NCBI RefSeq assembly: GCF_000150275.1 | Contig: NW_002060948.1 | Coordinates: 2,044,918 to 2,108,917, forward strand | DNA from: Trichoplax adhaerens | Lineage: Eukaryota > Animalia > Placozoa | Direction: 5' to 3' | DNA: 64,000 nt | Shown here: positions 1 through 13,600 of the stretch, in pieces | Numbering within the stretch: position 1 is the first letter of the stretch | Layout: each line of letters opens with the position of its first letter | The notes under the pieces: model-generated | The model's database searches: none | What the model was told of the DNA's origin: nothing | The model's input: the letters and a program-made list of their open reading frames with translations, nothing else | Made by a program: the position numbers and the translations under genes

Positions 1-772
1 CTATTTCATTGACAACTCTGATGCATACATATTGAACAACTATTACAACAATCAACGATTTTCGCATGATAAAATTAGTAAAATACCGAAATTATCATTC
101 GCATAAATCTACGTAACGATAGACGGTACACATAATTTAACTAATATTATCAAGTACTCATCCACTCCATCTTGACCTTCCTAGTATACATCAAGATTGA
201 TACCTTAAAATATTTGACTGAATATTTAAGTATATTATTCTATGACATGCAGCTGCCACTAATAGATGAATCTAAACTAAAAATTGTTAAAGTGTTGGTT
301 TAATTTTAGCCATAAGCTTATATTCCATAAAAAGTCATCCACTCTTCCATTTTACTTAAGCTTATTGATGAATAAAATAATCTCTATTCAATTGCATCTC
401 AAAATAGTTATTTTTATTTTCAATTGTATCTATTCTTAACTTTTTCTATCTTGTCAATCAATAATAGTATCTATTATTTCATTATATTAAAAAGGTATCA
501 ATGATAACTATAAATTGACATAGACTTGATAGATGTTGATTGTTAAGCAGATTGAGTGTCATTCTAAGCAACCCCGAGGAATTAATCAATTAAAATACCC
601 AAATCATTTTGAAAGTTTTCATTATAAAGCGGTATGTGCTTTTAAAATATAAATAACATTCTAAGTAATTGTTTCTGTATCTACTACTAAATCTAATTTA
701 GTTGAAATTGCTACGAAATTATTTTTGAAATTGAAGTAAATCTCGTCTAAGAAATAATGATATAGTATTAAC

Positions 773-2336
773 CTGCAATTTGTCAGTTACAGTAAATCCA
801 TTGGAAGTGCAAGGTTTCTATTAAAATTAGCAACTTTAAAATTTCCCAAAAATGTTTTGTTATCAATACCAGAGGAAGTAAATAGTATCAGCAAATTATA
901 AATTTATACTTTTATCAACTATCATGATCAATTTATTCAATGTTCAATCAAAATGTACTTACTTACTTACTTACTTACTCAATAAATTAATAACCGAAAT
1001 GAAATACTGTAAGAAAAGAATGAATCTCTATCACTACTATATTTCTACACAATATTTAAGACCATGCTATGTTTACGAGTTCAGTCATACAAAGCTGTCA
1101 AAATAACATGATCAATACTTAGTAACTAACATTTATTAACCATATACGGCAGTAGGATAAAATATCAACATAAGGTAGATGAGGCGTAAATTCACTATAA
1201 AGAATGATAAATAATGTCGTACAAAATACCCCGAGTGATTTGCTGAATATAGCCTAGAATGTCCAATCACTCTATCTATAATAGTAATAATATATACTGA
1301 CTCTATTGTACTCATTGCTATAATTTTAACTACTGCACCGTACTTTGATGGAAGGTTATATCAAATATAAAAGATTTTATCGTAGTTAAGTTATACAATT
1401 TATGCCGGAGGTGTAATTAATACTAGGCTCGGTCAATGTACTGCAGTAGCTGAAATGATTGCTTTGTTTATTTCATCCTTTTTATTCTAGTATTCAATAG
1501 TGTCGCATTTTTACTAGCAAAAATAGCAAACAATAAAGGTATGATAGATTGCCTAAAATTTATAGATCCATTTTTAATGCAATTAATTGCAGTAATTAAG
1601 TTTCTGATTGAAATAATGTCCATATTAGTCGCGATATTAAGTACTTTGTTGAATCACGTGCTATAAATTGAAAACAACATCATGTCTAAAGTTAAATTTA
1701 TTCGCAATTATATTTCTTTCAAGCTCAACAATACTGATCTTACGCTATAAATAACTTATTGTTGAGCTAATGTTTTGCTGTTGTAAATTCAACTTTAAAT
1801 ATATCTCATGAATCGCACTATTTTTACCCCATTTATATACAATAATAATCTTATCATAACATAAAACAACTTTTTTCTTAACTATCAGTAAGCTAAGAAT
1901 GGAAAGCTTTCTATATTATAAAATGAAATAATAACATAGCTTTACTGTAATATCCTGTATTACTATAGTGTTACAGAGCAATTAAGATTGAGTCGATTGC
2001 TATTTTTTATTTTGATAGAAATGATAGAAATTGCGTAGCTTCAACTAAAAGAGGCTATGCTATAAGTATTGACTTTGTTGCAAATACGTATCATTAGCTC
2101 GTTATTAGTTTTCACTTTACCATATGTCTGCTCTCTAGTACACTATTCATGCATCGCAGACAGTGATGAAAAAATTGGTACTATCCAGCAGTCTACTCAT
2201 ATACTTTGCACATTTTTTACTGTTTTAGCTAGTCATTTTTTTAATTAGCGTTACTCTTACGCTAACTTTGAAAACTCACCATTTTACTGGCCAGTAAATT
2301 GCGAATCTCGAACGCGATTCTTCTTTTTTTAAGCAT
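773..2336 (-). CDS. Putative 5' coding exons of an unidentified gene continuing beyond the left edge
   Basis: Exon 2336-2280 (MLKKRRIAFEIRNLLASKM) ends at a strong ATG|GTGAGT donor. A 45-nt exon 817-773 (KPCTSNGFTVTDKLQ) is bounded by ttttaatag and CAG|gttaat and is open in phase 0. No homology recognised. Confidence 0.3.
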
Positions 2337-4489
2337 GTTTTATCAATAGTCACTCCAAGTTTCGGCTAAGAACTAAGATAATGGCATAAGTTCCCAATAT
2401 TGTCGCTGTTCAGCTCCCGTTAACTTTCGAGACATTACCGTACAATATTGGAGAGTTTCTACAATAATCGAGCCGCACTGAGTCTCATCCACTTTATATA
2501 TCTAATCGATCCTTACATATTGCATAAGTTTATTGCATAATGCCAACAATGATCTCAGTTTAAGGTATTATAAATTAAAATGATTTCTTAAATTCATTTT
2601 GGAAATATACATCTAGAAAGGCATTATTGTATAGTTATATTACTGTACAGTATGCGGGTATGTTGCAATCAGTAAAGATATTAGGCAATTGGCAGGAAAG
2701 AGCTTGACGAATTTTTATCTTGTAGCTAGCAACCTCGTAACTAGTACGGTTAGTAGATAGCTAAAACTAGCGCTCATTATCATGGTAATACCAAATACTA
2801 GTTAGGTTAGAAATAGCTACATATAAGCGTTAGAATGGTAGTAACAGATAGGAAGTAAATACAATAAATGCTAAATCACAATACAATTCTACCACGAGAC
2901 GACCGTATGCGTATTTAGTAGCTACGCTAGACTATCGTTCTCTCCTTCTTGAAGGAAAGGAGATTGATATGAAAATATGGAGTTGAGACTATGACTATAG
3001 GTATGTATCGTACTTCATCCTATGTCTCTATTTTTTATGTTATGTTGTGATGTAAGCTGAGATATTGTAGTCTTGCAATAATACGTAATATTAGATAGGA
3101 ATGTGCTGCTGTATGTCTGCACATAACATTACTTGCAAAACATTCGCATCAAGCGATTGGAAATGCTATGGCATGCAGTAACTGATTCAAAGTTGTTAAC
3201 AGCTTTCGATAGTGAATAATTTCGTACTAAATTGTCAAGTCATGCTGGCGTTTTAATCAGCTCTAAAGTAACATATGTAAATTCTGTGTCTAACTGATAC
3301 ACTACTGGATTATCTACTGTATGAAATAATCGTAATTTCATTAAGAATTCTAATGGAATATCATTGGTTACGTAGGCATACATCATATAAATTTGTTTAA
3401 TAAATGTCCACATTACCTCGCTTTATTTTTTGTTCAAGAATAATAATGAATACATAAATATAATTACTGCTGAAGGTGTAGTTGTTACTTTCTACAATAT
3501 TTTACAATCGATTGCGAAATCTTTCTTGAATGATTCGTAAATTGAAGTTTGAAAATATTTTTCCGCTTGCACGAATTGCGCAAACATTACATATTGATCA
3601 AGGATGAATCTATTGCGCTTTTATTCCAAAACAAATTCTCGTATGTTGTCACGGACTATTTCCGGGCAAGTTTACTAGTTTAACGTATGGTCTAACGTAA
3701 AGCACTTCGAGTTGCTTCTGCAGATTGCAGTACTACCCTAATCAGTCGTAAGCAGTAGTAACAATATAGTACTGCTACTATGGTACCTAAGAACTCCCTT
3801 TCTAAAAGTCTGACAATCATTATAGCACTGAAACACTGCGAGCCACAATACTTTCTTAACTGCATAATTTAGGCAACGTAGTGCCGTAAAACATGGGAGT
3901 TTGTAGCTGTTCATTACACTGTACGTCTATATAGGTAAACGGGTGTATAATATCATTATATGTATGCGCGCAACTTTTATTTTATTTTTAGTACTCTTCA
4001 ACACAGCTTATACATTAGCCTTAACCATTTTGCATAAATTACTCTGCACACTTGGTTTAAGCTGTCCTACTAATTGATGCATTAGACATTCATTTTTTTT
4101 TTAAGACCTGTAATATATAATGTATCAGTAGGACAGAATTAACGAAGTGTACAAAGTAATTTGTGCAAATTGGCTCGAGCTATTGATGTTATGCAGTTCA
4201 TACATACTATACATAAGTACACATTAATTTAAAAAATATTCTATATAAGGATTTTAATAGCGTTATTCACTCGATTAGCTTTATTGCTATAGTTTGTCCA
4301 TCGCGTACCAGATGCAATGGTTCAAAATAAAATTGAATTTCAATTTTTTTCAACTATGCTCTAATTAACGAAGAGAAAGTCCCAGCGATCGACTATGGAC
4401 GCCCGTACGCTGTGACACCGTTTTTAGGTGTGATTTCAAAGGCTGTAAAATGAGTTGAAGTTTTAGTGGGGGTCACATGATGATCAGGT

Positions 4490-4760
4490 CTACTGACTTC
4501 AGTATACAGTAGAGTACTGTACAGTGTACTGTACACTGTACTATACTGTACAGTGCACAGGAAAACGTGGACTAGAGGGTCTGTAGTGCACACTGCACAG
4601 GCGCATGACTGCTGTACACTGAGAGTACAGTGTACAGTGCACAGTGCACAGGAAAACGTGCACTCTGTAAGAAGGGTCTCTACTGTAGACGGTTTGTTGT
4701 GCACAGTGCACAGGCGCATGACTGCTGCACACTGAGTGTACAGTGTACAGTGTACAGTCC
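4490..4760. promoter_or_regulatory. Cluster of (A)CTGTACAGT / GTGCACAG motifs; putative WASHC1 promoter, possibly bidirectional
   Basis: Dense TGTACA/TGCACA-based motifs with an internal duplication (CAGTGCACAGGAAAACGTG and GCACAGGCGCATGACTGCTG each occur twice). Lies just upstream of a non-coding exon ending at cctag|gtaaga (~4929). Confidence 0.55.
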
Positions 4761-5197
4761 GGTAGTGCGTCGATGATGTCATGGTTAGTCGTTTACTGCA
4801 TAGTATTTTGTCCATCAGGATTGCGGCTTAGACTAAAGGCTAGACTAGGCATGGGCACTGTCCAGCGCTAGACTATGCGTTCAAAGCAAGCAATGGCGCT
4901 GTAAGCACGGACACTAGCTGCTAGCCTAGGTAAGAGAGCGTAATCTTAAAATCTGGTGGAAAAAAAAAAAGAATTGGATCGGTATATTGAAACACTAGCA
5001 GAAACGAAAATTGGAATCAGCTTGAATTGTTGGATCAATTGAAACTGCAACCACGATCCGATTGGAGAATACAGTATTGGGAATATTTCATGATATTGAT
5101 TGGTGTGGTGGCTTTCCCGCTAGGCCTTGAATGTCACCAACGTACTGAAAGATTTGTAATCTACTACTGTACTGTATTGTAGACCAGAGGAGCAACA

Positions 5198-7319
5198 ATG
5201 CCTATCCAAAAATTTGCCGTCCCTATCATTACCACGGATTTAAGACGTGAAGAATCACTACGGCAAACTGCTGATGTTCTACAACATGTCGAGAAGGTAT
5301 GCAACGATACATTCGATCATGTGGTTCAACGAGTTGAGGATGTTAAGAAGAAATTAGAAGCAATCGAAAACCGAACCAAAGTAGCCAAAGCAAAAATCGA
5401 TAAAATTCGAACTAGTACTAAAGCAACGACAATCTTATCGGCTAATAAATATCCTGTCGCCGATATTATGACCAATTATGAATCCCTATTCGCTTCTATC
5501 GATTCGGAATTAGGTGAATTAAAACGCAGCCACTACCGCATTACAAACGATATCATGCCATTTAATGAAAAGTTAATTGATGAATCGCCCAAGATCGAAT
5601 TGCCCAATGCTCGTCATAGAATAAACATGGTTGAAGATCAACTAGACGAAGGCTTAGGTGGTTTACCGACAGATTTAACCTCTGTCAGTTCGCTATTATT
5701 ATTTAATTCGCAAGAAAATCCCTATAAGAAATATATTACATTGGATCCTTTGGCTGGTGCTGTGACTAAAACTCGATCGACGATAGAACAAGAAGCCAAT
5801 GCTCTTGGCGATGCACCGGTGACTATTAGCCAGCGCCAAGGTATGGAACGTAAACCTATGGAATCTTACTTTTATGTTCCCAATCTTGGAGATGTACCAG
5901 AATTCGATGTACCCAGCTTTCTACCCAATTTATCTGGTGTTGCAGATGATGTAACTTTTGAGTAAGTATGACATTGCCGTCTATTGCTCATTTATTATAA
6001 ACTAAAATCTGAAATTATATGAAATCGGGACGCACCCATCAGACCACTCTATTAGTCTATGGCACGGTACTTACAGTATTGTAATATTACAAGGTGTACG
6101 TGATAAAATTACCTGCTAACATAACAGGTTGAATTTGATAGCTGTATGTAAGGTCTATCCTACTATAGTTAACATCGTTTACTATTGAATTTCTTAAACA
6201 GAAAAGTGTCTAATAAGGTCTTGTATTTACTTTCAATTGCTTGCAGTTTACTGTACAGTTAATACCTTATAATGGAGATAATGTTTGCTCTCGCTGTTTG
6301 TTAATTACAACATATCATCTATCTTGAATGGGAGTGAATACACAGTCTAGCATACCATGATATTATTTTATTCAATTAACGTCTTTGCTAATTAATTATA
6401 TTTTACTTGAATGCTATATAGCGTTGACAATGAAATAAGCATAGCTCCTTCAGCTGGATTTGTATTTCCTGATTTACCCACTGTGGAGACTACGCCTGTC
6501 CCTACTGCCAACGGTGGTACAGAAGCAGCAGCTCCTCCTCCTCCTCCGTCAGGAGGTGCTCCACCACCACCACCGCCACCGCCACCTCCTGCAGCTCCTG
6601 GCCAAGGAGGGCCAGCACCGCCGCCACCACCACCAGCACCTGAAAATGTACCTCCACCGCCGCCACCACCACCAGCACCTGAAAATGCACCTGCACCGCC
6701 GCCACCACCACCAGCTGACGATGGATCGAAAGGTAACGAAATCGATTTACGTATTTTAAATCTTAACAATATCGCATTTCATATACAGTACACTGTATCA
6801 TGCATCGATACGCGTATACTGTATCAGATTAAAATTTCAGATACTTAAATTAGTTTAATACGTACCTACGCGTGATAATATTATAGTACCGAGTTTTAAA
6901 TTGATGTCGGCATTATACACGTATTTTTAGGTGGTACTACAATTCCCGCTGTTGATTCTGGTCGCTCTAGTTTGATGGATGCAATTCGCTCAGCAGGCGG
7001 ATCAGGCAAAGCAAAATTAAAGAGTGTCAAAGAACGAAAGAAAGAACGAAAAGCCAAACAGGAAGAAGAAGAAAGCAAACCGCTCGTCGGTGGAGGGGAC
7101 CTAATGGGTGATCTAAAAGCTAAATTGCTTTCGCGTCGGAAGGGTATTTCTGGCAAAAAAGACTCTCCTGCTCCCAGTGAAGTTCGCAGTGGAGGTGATA
7201 GCGAAAAAATTGCTACTGGTGGCGGCTCTGCTATGGATCGAATTGCTTCAATGTTACCCTCACCACCTAGTGAAGGGGGTGATAGTAATAAAGATGATGA
7301 CGATGATGATTGGGAATAA
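5198..7319 (+). CDS. WASHC1: WASH complex subunit 1 (WASH actin nucleation-promoting factor); exons 5198-5961, 6422-6732, 6931-7319
   Basis: N-terminal WAHD (DLRREE...; SSLLLFNSQENPYKKYITLDPL), polyproline region, WH2 (GRSSLMDAIRSAGG), central region (GDLMGDLKAKLLSRRKGISG) and acidic end DDDDDDWE. GT-AG introns join in frame. Confidence 0.96.
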
Positions 7320-7677
7320 TAGACAGTTGTGTTAACGTTTTTTCAACAACATTTTCCGTGCGCTTTTTTGATTCGATTACTTAATGATTCATTTAGACAC
7401 ACCCCTGGAATCTGGATCGATCATAGTACTTACAAAAGTATCGCCTACTGTATAAGTCTGTCTTGCAGCTAAGATATCACAGCTTTGCCCGTTATTATTC
7501 TGAAGTCTTTATAGTAGCGATTACTCTCCTATTTCATTACGAAAGAATATCAGGTTACGGAACTTGATTATGTCAGATGTACAGATCTTTATTGGAATAC
7601 AGATGTTGTAATAGCGAATATATTTGACCAAAATTACGTTAAACATATTCAAATAGAAGAATTTACACAGATTTTTA

Positions 7678-10600
7678 TCATTTTCTATTATAATTATTAC
7701 ATATGTAGTTCACGCGATCAAAGATTGGTTGTATTAATGGATAATGAAATAAAGTTGTCTTATCTAAGCTATTAATGATCAACTGAAGCTTTTCAAATTG
7801 GTAATTTAATGGAATACTTGTATCATGACAGTTTTCTTTAAGCGAAAGTTGATCCATTATGCAGGAATTATCATCAAAATTATCGATGTTGGTATTGATC
7901 CCTTTAACAAAGTATTTTTCATCATATTTCCAATTTCTTGTGCTAGTTAAAGCCAGGATCGTAATACCACACCTAAATACTTTGTTGAATAAGTTTACTT
8001 CAGTATAGGTGCTAAAATCAAATTCTTGTGATGAATCTTTATACAAGGTACACGCTGTTTCAAAAGAAGCAAAGGCTTGGTATAAATATTTTGAAATAAT
8101 CATATCAGCTTCTGACGTCTGCTCTAGAGATTTTTTGTCGCTAGTTGTCCGTAAAGATACATTTTTTATCTTTACTTGATCTCTGCCATACCAACATACA
8201 GTGCATAATTGATAAGCCAACAAAGTTAACACCTCAATCTCATATGCTGGACGTTTCATCTCATCATCTTGAAAAAAAATAACTTGACGGCCAGTATCAG
8301 CGTCGCCATCCTCATTCTTCAAAGCCGCCTTACTTGGCTTCGGAGCATCAGTTAAGAGCAAATCAATTATTGTTATGAAGCAATGATACCAATCTAGCTC
8401 AGTCAATACGTTGATTAACTTCTTCAACCCTGCTGTAGTTTCTAAAATTATTTGCTGAGTACCATTGTGACCTATGTGAAACAGATATCCAGTAGAAATA
8501 GTCTTACTGTAATCATGTAGGCTGTTTTACTGGTAGGGTTTATGCAAGGTATATAAGTCCTCAATAAGAAAGAACTTAATATTAAACAATATCAGAAATT
8601 ACAGTATGTTAGAAATGTACGTAATTTATTGTATCTATTCGACGAACCAGATAACTTGGCTAGTAACTTAGCAACACCATACGAATAATCGTCGCTTTCC
8701 ATAGCAAGACATACAACAATTCTTATGATGTTGCTCCAATCATCTATCGTTAATAAATGGCAAAAAGTTAATTATTTAGATATCTAATCACTTGTAAAAA
8801 ATATTCTTTGATTAGTACTCGTAATTTGCGACGACTTACCTTTACAATTATCAAACAAAATAATATCTGAATGATGAATAAGGATTTCAAGTGCTACTAA
8901 TCGTAAGTCCGTATCCATATCGAGCGCATATTGGCATATTATATGAAAATATTCCTTTCTTAAATCAATTCTTTGTTTATCCTAAATATTGAGAAATTTT
9001 TGATTATGTAAAAGTTTAACGTATTGCAAATAGCTTTATCTTAAGATTTTTATATCGACAATTTGAAAAATGTTCACGTCAGCTGAGATCATTAAATCAT
9101 TCATAATTGCGAAGCAAAGTACTTCATGTAGCAGTTGTGAAAAGCGACTATAAGATAAATATATATACTGTATACAGTATATATATGTATACATATACTG
9201 TATACAGTATATATATGTATACATATACTCATATATCTACTGGATTACTCATATACCTTAGTAGCCAATTGTAGAACGTCAGCAAACACACAATGTGTAA
9301 ATTGAAGGACATTTGAACGAAGTCTAAAATCAAAAAGTAATGATGTAGATAATCTAAAGATCAACTGTTTTATTACCAATACATTCAATGACCTCGAAAC
9401 AATTACTTATAGCTTACGTAATCTGTTTACTTTTATCCGTCAATATTTGAATCGACCTATGCCACATCTAAATCAGTTATTAGAGGCGGCGTATAATATG
9501 AAATTACAGGTTAGAATTAGTCTAATTCAGTTAATAAATAAATTTATGAATCCTAACAAGATTAAGGTATTGTTCACCTCCGATGATGTCAGAACACAGC
9601 GTTGGTTAAATTTTTTTATGCGATAAATCTCAAGTAAATTTCGAAAAATTTCATATACCTTTTATTTCGATGCAAAAAGTTAATATGATTTTGCACAAAA
9701 ATAATGGCCAATCTTATAAAAAGCAAATAAAGATTTAGCTCCTATCTTATTTTAGTTTACCTCTGCTAAATATTTATCTGGAAAGTCGTCATTAAACGGA
9801 ATGGAATAAAGGATGGATGTTATTTCTGTTATACTGTCACAATTATTTATAAAAGGTACTACGGTGTTATCTATATCTGATTCCTCTTTGATACTTTTCG
9901 ATATCCAATAATTTAATGTTCGAAAAGATTGATATCTGACATCATCACTGGGGCTAAAAACAAGTTGTCGTAATAACGAACATTGTTTTTGAGAATCTGA
10001 ATATTCTTGCGAGTCCATCATTATAATTAAAACTAAGGTCTCGACCATCTCATTCAACAGTAAAGGAAGTCCCGGTGTATAGGACGGCAAATTAATTCCT
10101 ACATCTTCTGCTAGCATTTCATATAATGATAACTTAATTCCTATATAAAATGAAAGCGATGAGGTTACTACAGTAAGTTACTCGTATGTTATCCAAAATC
10201 TATTTAATGAAAAATAATACAAAACATCTTTCTGTGAAGATTAATAATAGCTCACCCTTATCTAAGCGATTTGTTTTAATGTAATAACGGTGCAATAAAC
10301 GCAAAAATAAACGCCTTGTTACGGGACACTTATTCTCTCTAAAATAGCCAATGATTTCAATAAAATAAGGCTAAATAACAAATTGAGGGCCGTCTCATTT
10401 TGAAAACTTATTATAATGTCAAATTTTGGTAAACTGTTAAAACGATTAAGTTCCATCGCATTTCATATCAAATATCCATGCGTATCTAAAACTGTATCGC
10501 AATTAAAATAAAGCTTTAAGTGGTAATTACAGTGACAACCTACCTAGTACATATCCAAAGCCGTTGAGTAGCTTTTAAGGAAAAGACGTCTAGCAAATCT

Positions 10601-13600
10601 TCCTTGAAATTATTTCCCATCGGATGCGCACGAATATATGAAGCTAGCAAGCTCTCAATCTACGTGCAATATCACAAAATATGATTTTGTACCTGTTTTA
10701 TAATCCATTATATTCTAAATAAAATTAAATATCTATCAACTAGTAAGTACTACTCTATTATTGATCTAGAATGTCTTCCCTCAATTAATTTTTAATACTA
10801 AAATCTGATCATCTAAATATCATACTCCATGCTATAGCTTCAAAAAAAAATGGAGAAATAAAACTTGAGTAAAGTACTGTTTTGCACTCCTACTTGGCAA
10901 AAAACAAAAATTTCTACGAATCGAAAAAGTAATTGTAGTTTACAGCATATTATTGACATATCGAAATACAGTATTATTTCCGTACCATATACGTAGCTAC
11001 AATTTCTAAGTATACTACAACATAAAAGTAACAATTTATCAAATGATACCTGTAGTAGTACGCCATGCATAAAATTTTGTGACAGATGGCTAAAGAGTGA
11101 CAAAATACAATATTTATTTAACAGAAATAAATTCATATCTATTTTAGGGTAACGAATAAACCCTACAAAACTGCTACGGTATACCAACTTCAGTTTATTC
11201 ATAGGTAATTTCTCCAATAATTCTTCAATATTCTGAGTAATCCTACTAGTTTCGATAAGCGGAGCAATCGCTTTAGCAGCAAGTAATCGGCATCGCAATA
11301 TGACGCTGTGTGCACATCTAGAATCAAATATGGGCACATTAATCAAACAAATAGTTTGTTGACCGAAATACTATAACACTTTCAAATATCAGCGGTAGAT
11401 AGTTGGCGAAGAAGAATTGTATTATAATAGCTAATTAGTTGCAAATTAACTAGATGTAACCAAGATCAGTATTATCTAATGCTTCGCCAATAGATTGCAT
11501 TATTGAAGTTAATCTTAATACCGATTTAGAGAACATAATTTGTATTATAGTCTTTTCTCACTTTTTAATAAAAGGCAAAAATTTGCTTAAGTTCATCACA
11601 TTCGCTGTGCCATCCATTGTCGAAGGGTATAATTTCGATAGTAAGAGTAGAATAGGAAATAATGTTGGATTATGAACTGGTAGCCTGTACAGAATATAAA
11701 AACTATGATAAGATTATGATATCACTGTATATCAATATGCATTCATACATCCCTAGTTTCATCATGAATTTTGAATACCCTTAGAATATATACAGTATTT
11801 ACTCATCAATTTTGTCGGTAGCATCCTGGATATGTTCCAATAGTAACTGATACAATTTTGGATATCTTGAAAAGAATTCCCGTCCCGTCATACTATATGA
11901 ATCAAGAACAGCTACTCATTAAAACTTCATAAAATTCATATTTTGAGAAATGGCTAGTGATTTAAACAATTATAATCAGGCCGATAATTAATATTATTCA
12001 ACTCGATATCCTAAAATTGTTATGTAGATACCAATTTTTTTTTGATTGCTCATCACGATCCTTTTTAACGCCAAATATCCGATTCATAAGGGCACTAAAT
12101 AGCAGAGTTGCTGCGTTGCGTATCTATGTAAGCCCGTTATTACATCATGAATTGTAATTATTTGTAATAAAATCTTGATTAAAGATTAGTTATATACTGT
12201 ATAGTACAAGTTACAGAAAATTGATTACCTGCCAGTTATTCGCTGCCATGCCTTTAATCGCAGCCTGTACTCCATCTGGGACAAATACATGAACATCATC
12301 TCCAAAATGAGTATCCCGATAGATGGATCGCATAATATTAAAAGCATGAATCTATAACACGTATGCACATTAATTATAGTAAAATTGTATGTTCTTTTCA
12401 GGTTATTTGTAAAGCAATTCTAACTCGAAGTCTAGCAAATATTCGACCAACAGTCAAGCAAATAAATAATTTTACCGTAGCATCTCTTGTATTCTCGTCA
12501 TCCGAATAATCACTTTTAAAAGCAATTTCGTGCAATTCTACCATAAATATTTAATATTCTGATTTCACTTTTCAGTATATATAAATGAGGTTAAAATTTG
12601 TTTATACAAGTGATTACCAGTCATCATTAATTTAAAGCATCTCTTTTGTGCCGATGCAGGCTCGGTAGTTAAAATAGCCTAAAAGTATCCAAGTTACAGA
12701 ATTAATGGATGATTTAGAGTTATTTTAAAATAGCTAATTTAAATTAACTCACTTTGATAAAAAATGGTAGTCCTGCACTACGTCGAGTAGAACATAAATC
12801 TTTCGAAAGATTGCATGTGTTTAAATCTTTCAATAATTCATCAATCCATAATGATGGTGACAATTTGAAGGAGCGACAACTTTATGGATATTATCAACAA
12901 ACGGAATACATATTAATCATCGATAGTTATGAAATCGTAGCTTAACACGTTCACAATTACTATTTTACTTACGTCCATAACATATCACAATAGCTTACAA
13001 AGCCATTATAGCACAATTCAAATACGCCAACATGTTTAACGATACATAGTTGAGCTTTAAGAAATTCTCCTATTTTTTTAGCCTATGAATAGTCCATATC
13101 AAAAACATACAAGAAATTACTGTACAGTATAACAATACTATTCATCGATACATAAAATACCGGTACTTAGTATTTATATCAAAGTGATTACTTACGAATT
13201 TGCGTGTGTAACTAATGTCTCTTATTCATTAAAAATACAGATTAGTTATACGTACTTGTTCGGGTGATATTTCTAGACGTAATTGATGTTCCATTGAATA
13301 TCGCGATAACTGGCTAATGCTGCCTAAAATTAAAAAAACTTCCTTCATACTTCTCCAACAGTAACTAGCCAATACTTGAGGCGTAATTATTTCTTTATAG
13401 CTTTCATTTTCCGAGAGTGATACAGGTGATGCTTGTAAATTATCTAAAGCAATACGTTATATTATATTAGCTAAGTAATACTTTATTACTGGAACTGCTA
13501 TTATTAGTTGTATTACCATCCTCAATTAGTAATTCTACTGGCAAATAGCCCTCCGGAGAAGTATGAGCTACGAATGGAGTAACAATATCGGAAAGATTGT

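Noticed and set aside
956-980. (TACT)n microsatellite, and (TATCC)n near 61900
   Set aside because: Short simple repeats with no further structure.
4393-4815. Cys/Thr/Val/Tyr-rich ORFs here and at 29235-29584, 30089-30283, 43306-43581, 44950-45324, 57840-58346, 59109-59553
   Set aside because: They are translations of the stop-poor TGTACAGT motif clusters (CTV/YST/VQY), not real proteins.
6392-7156. Gly-rich, His-rich and Val-rich ORFs overlapping WASHC1
   Set aside because: Antisense or alternative frames of the polyproline and VCA exons.
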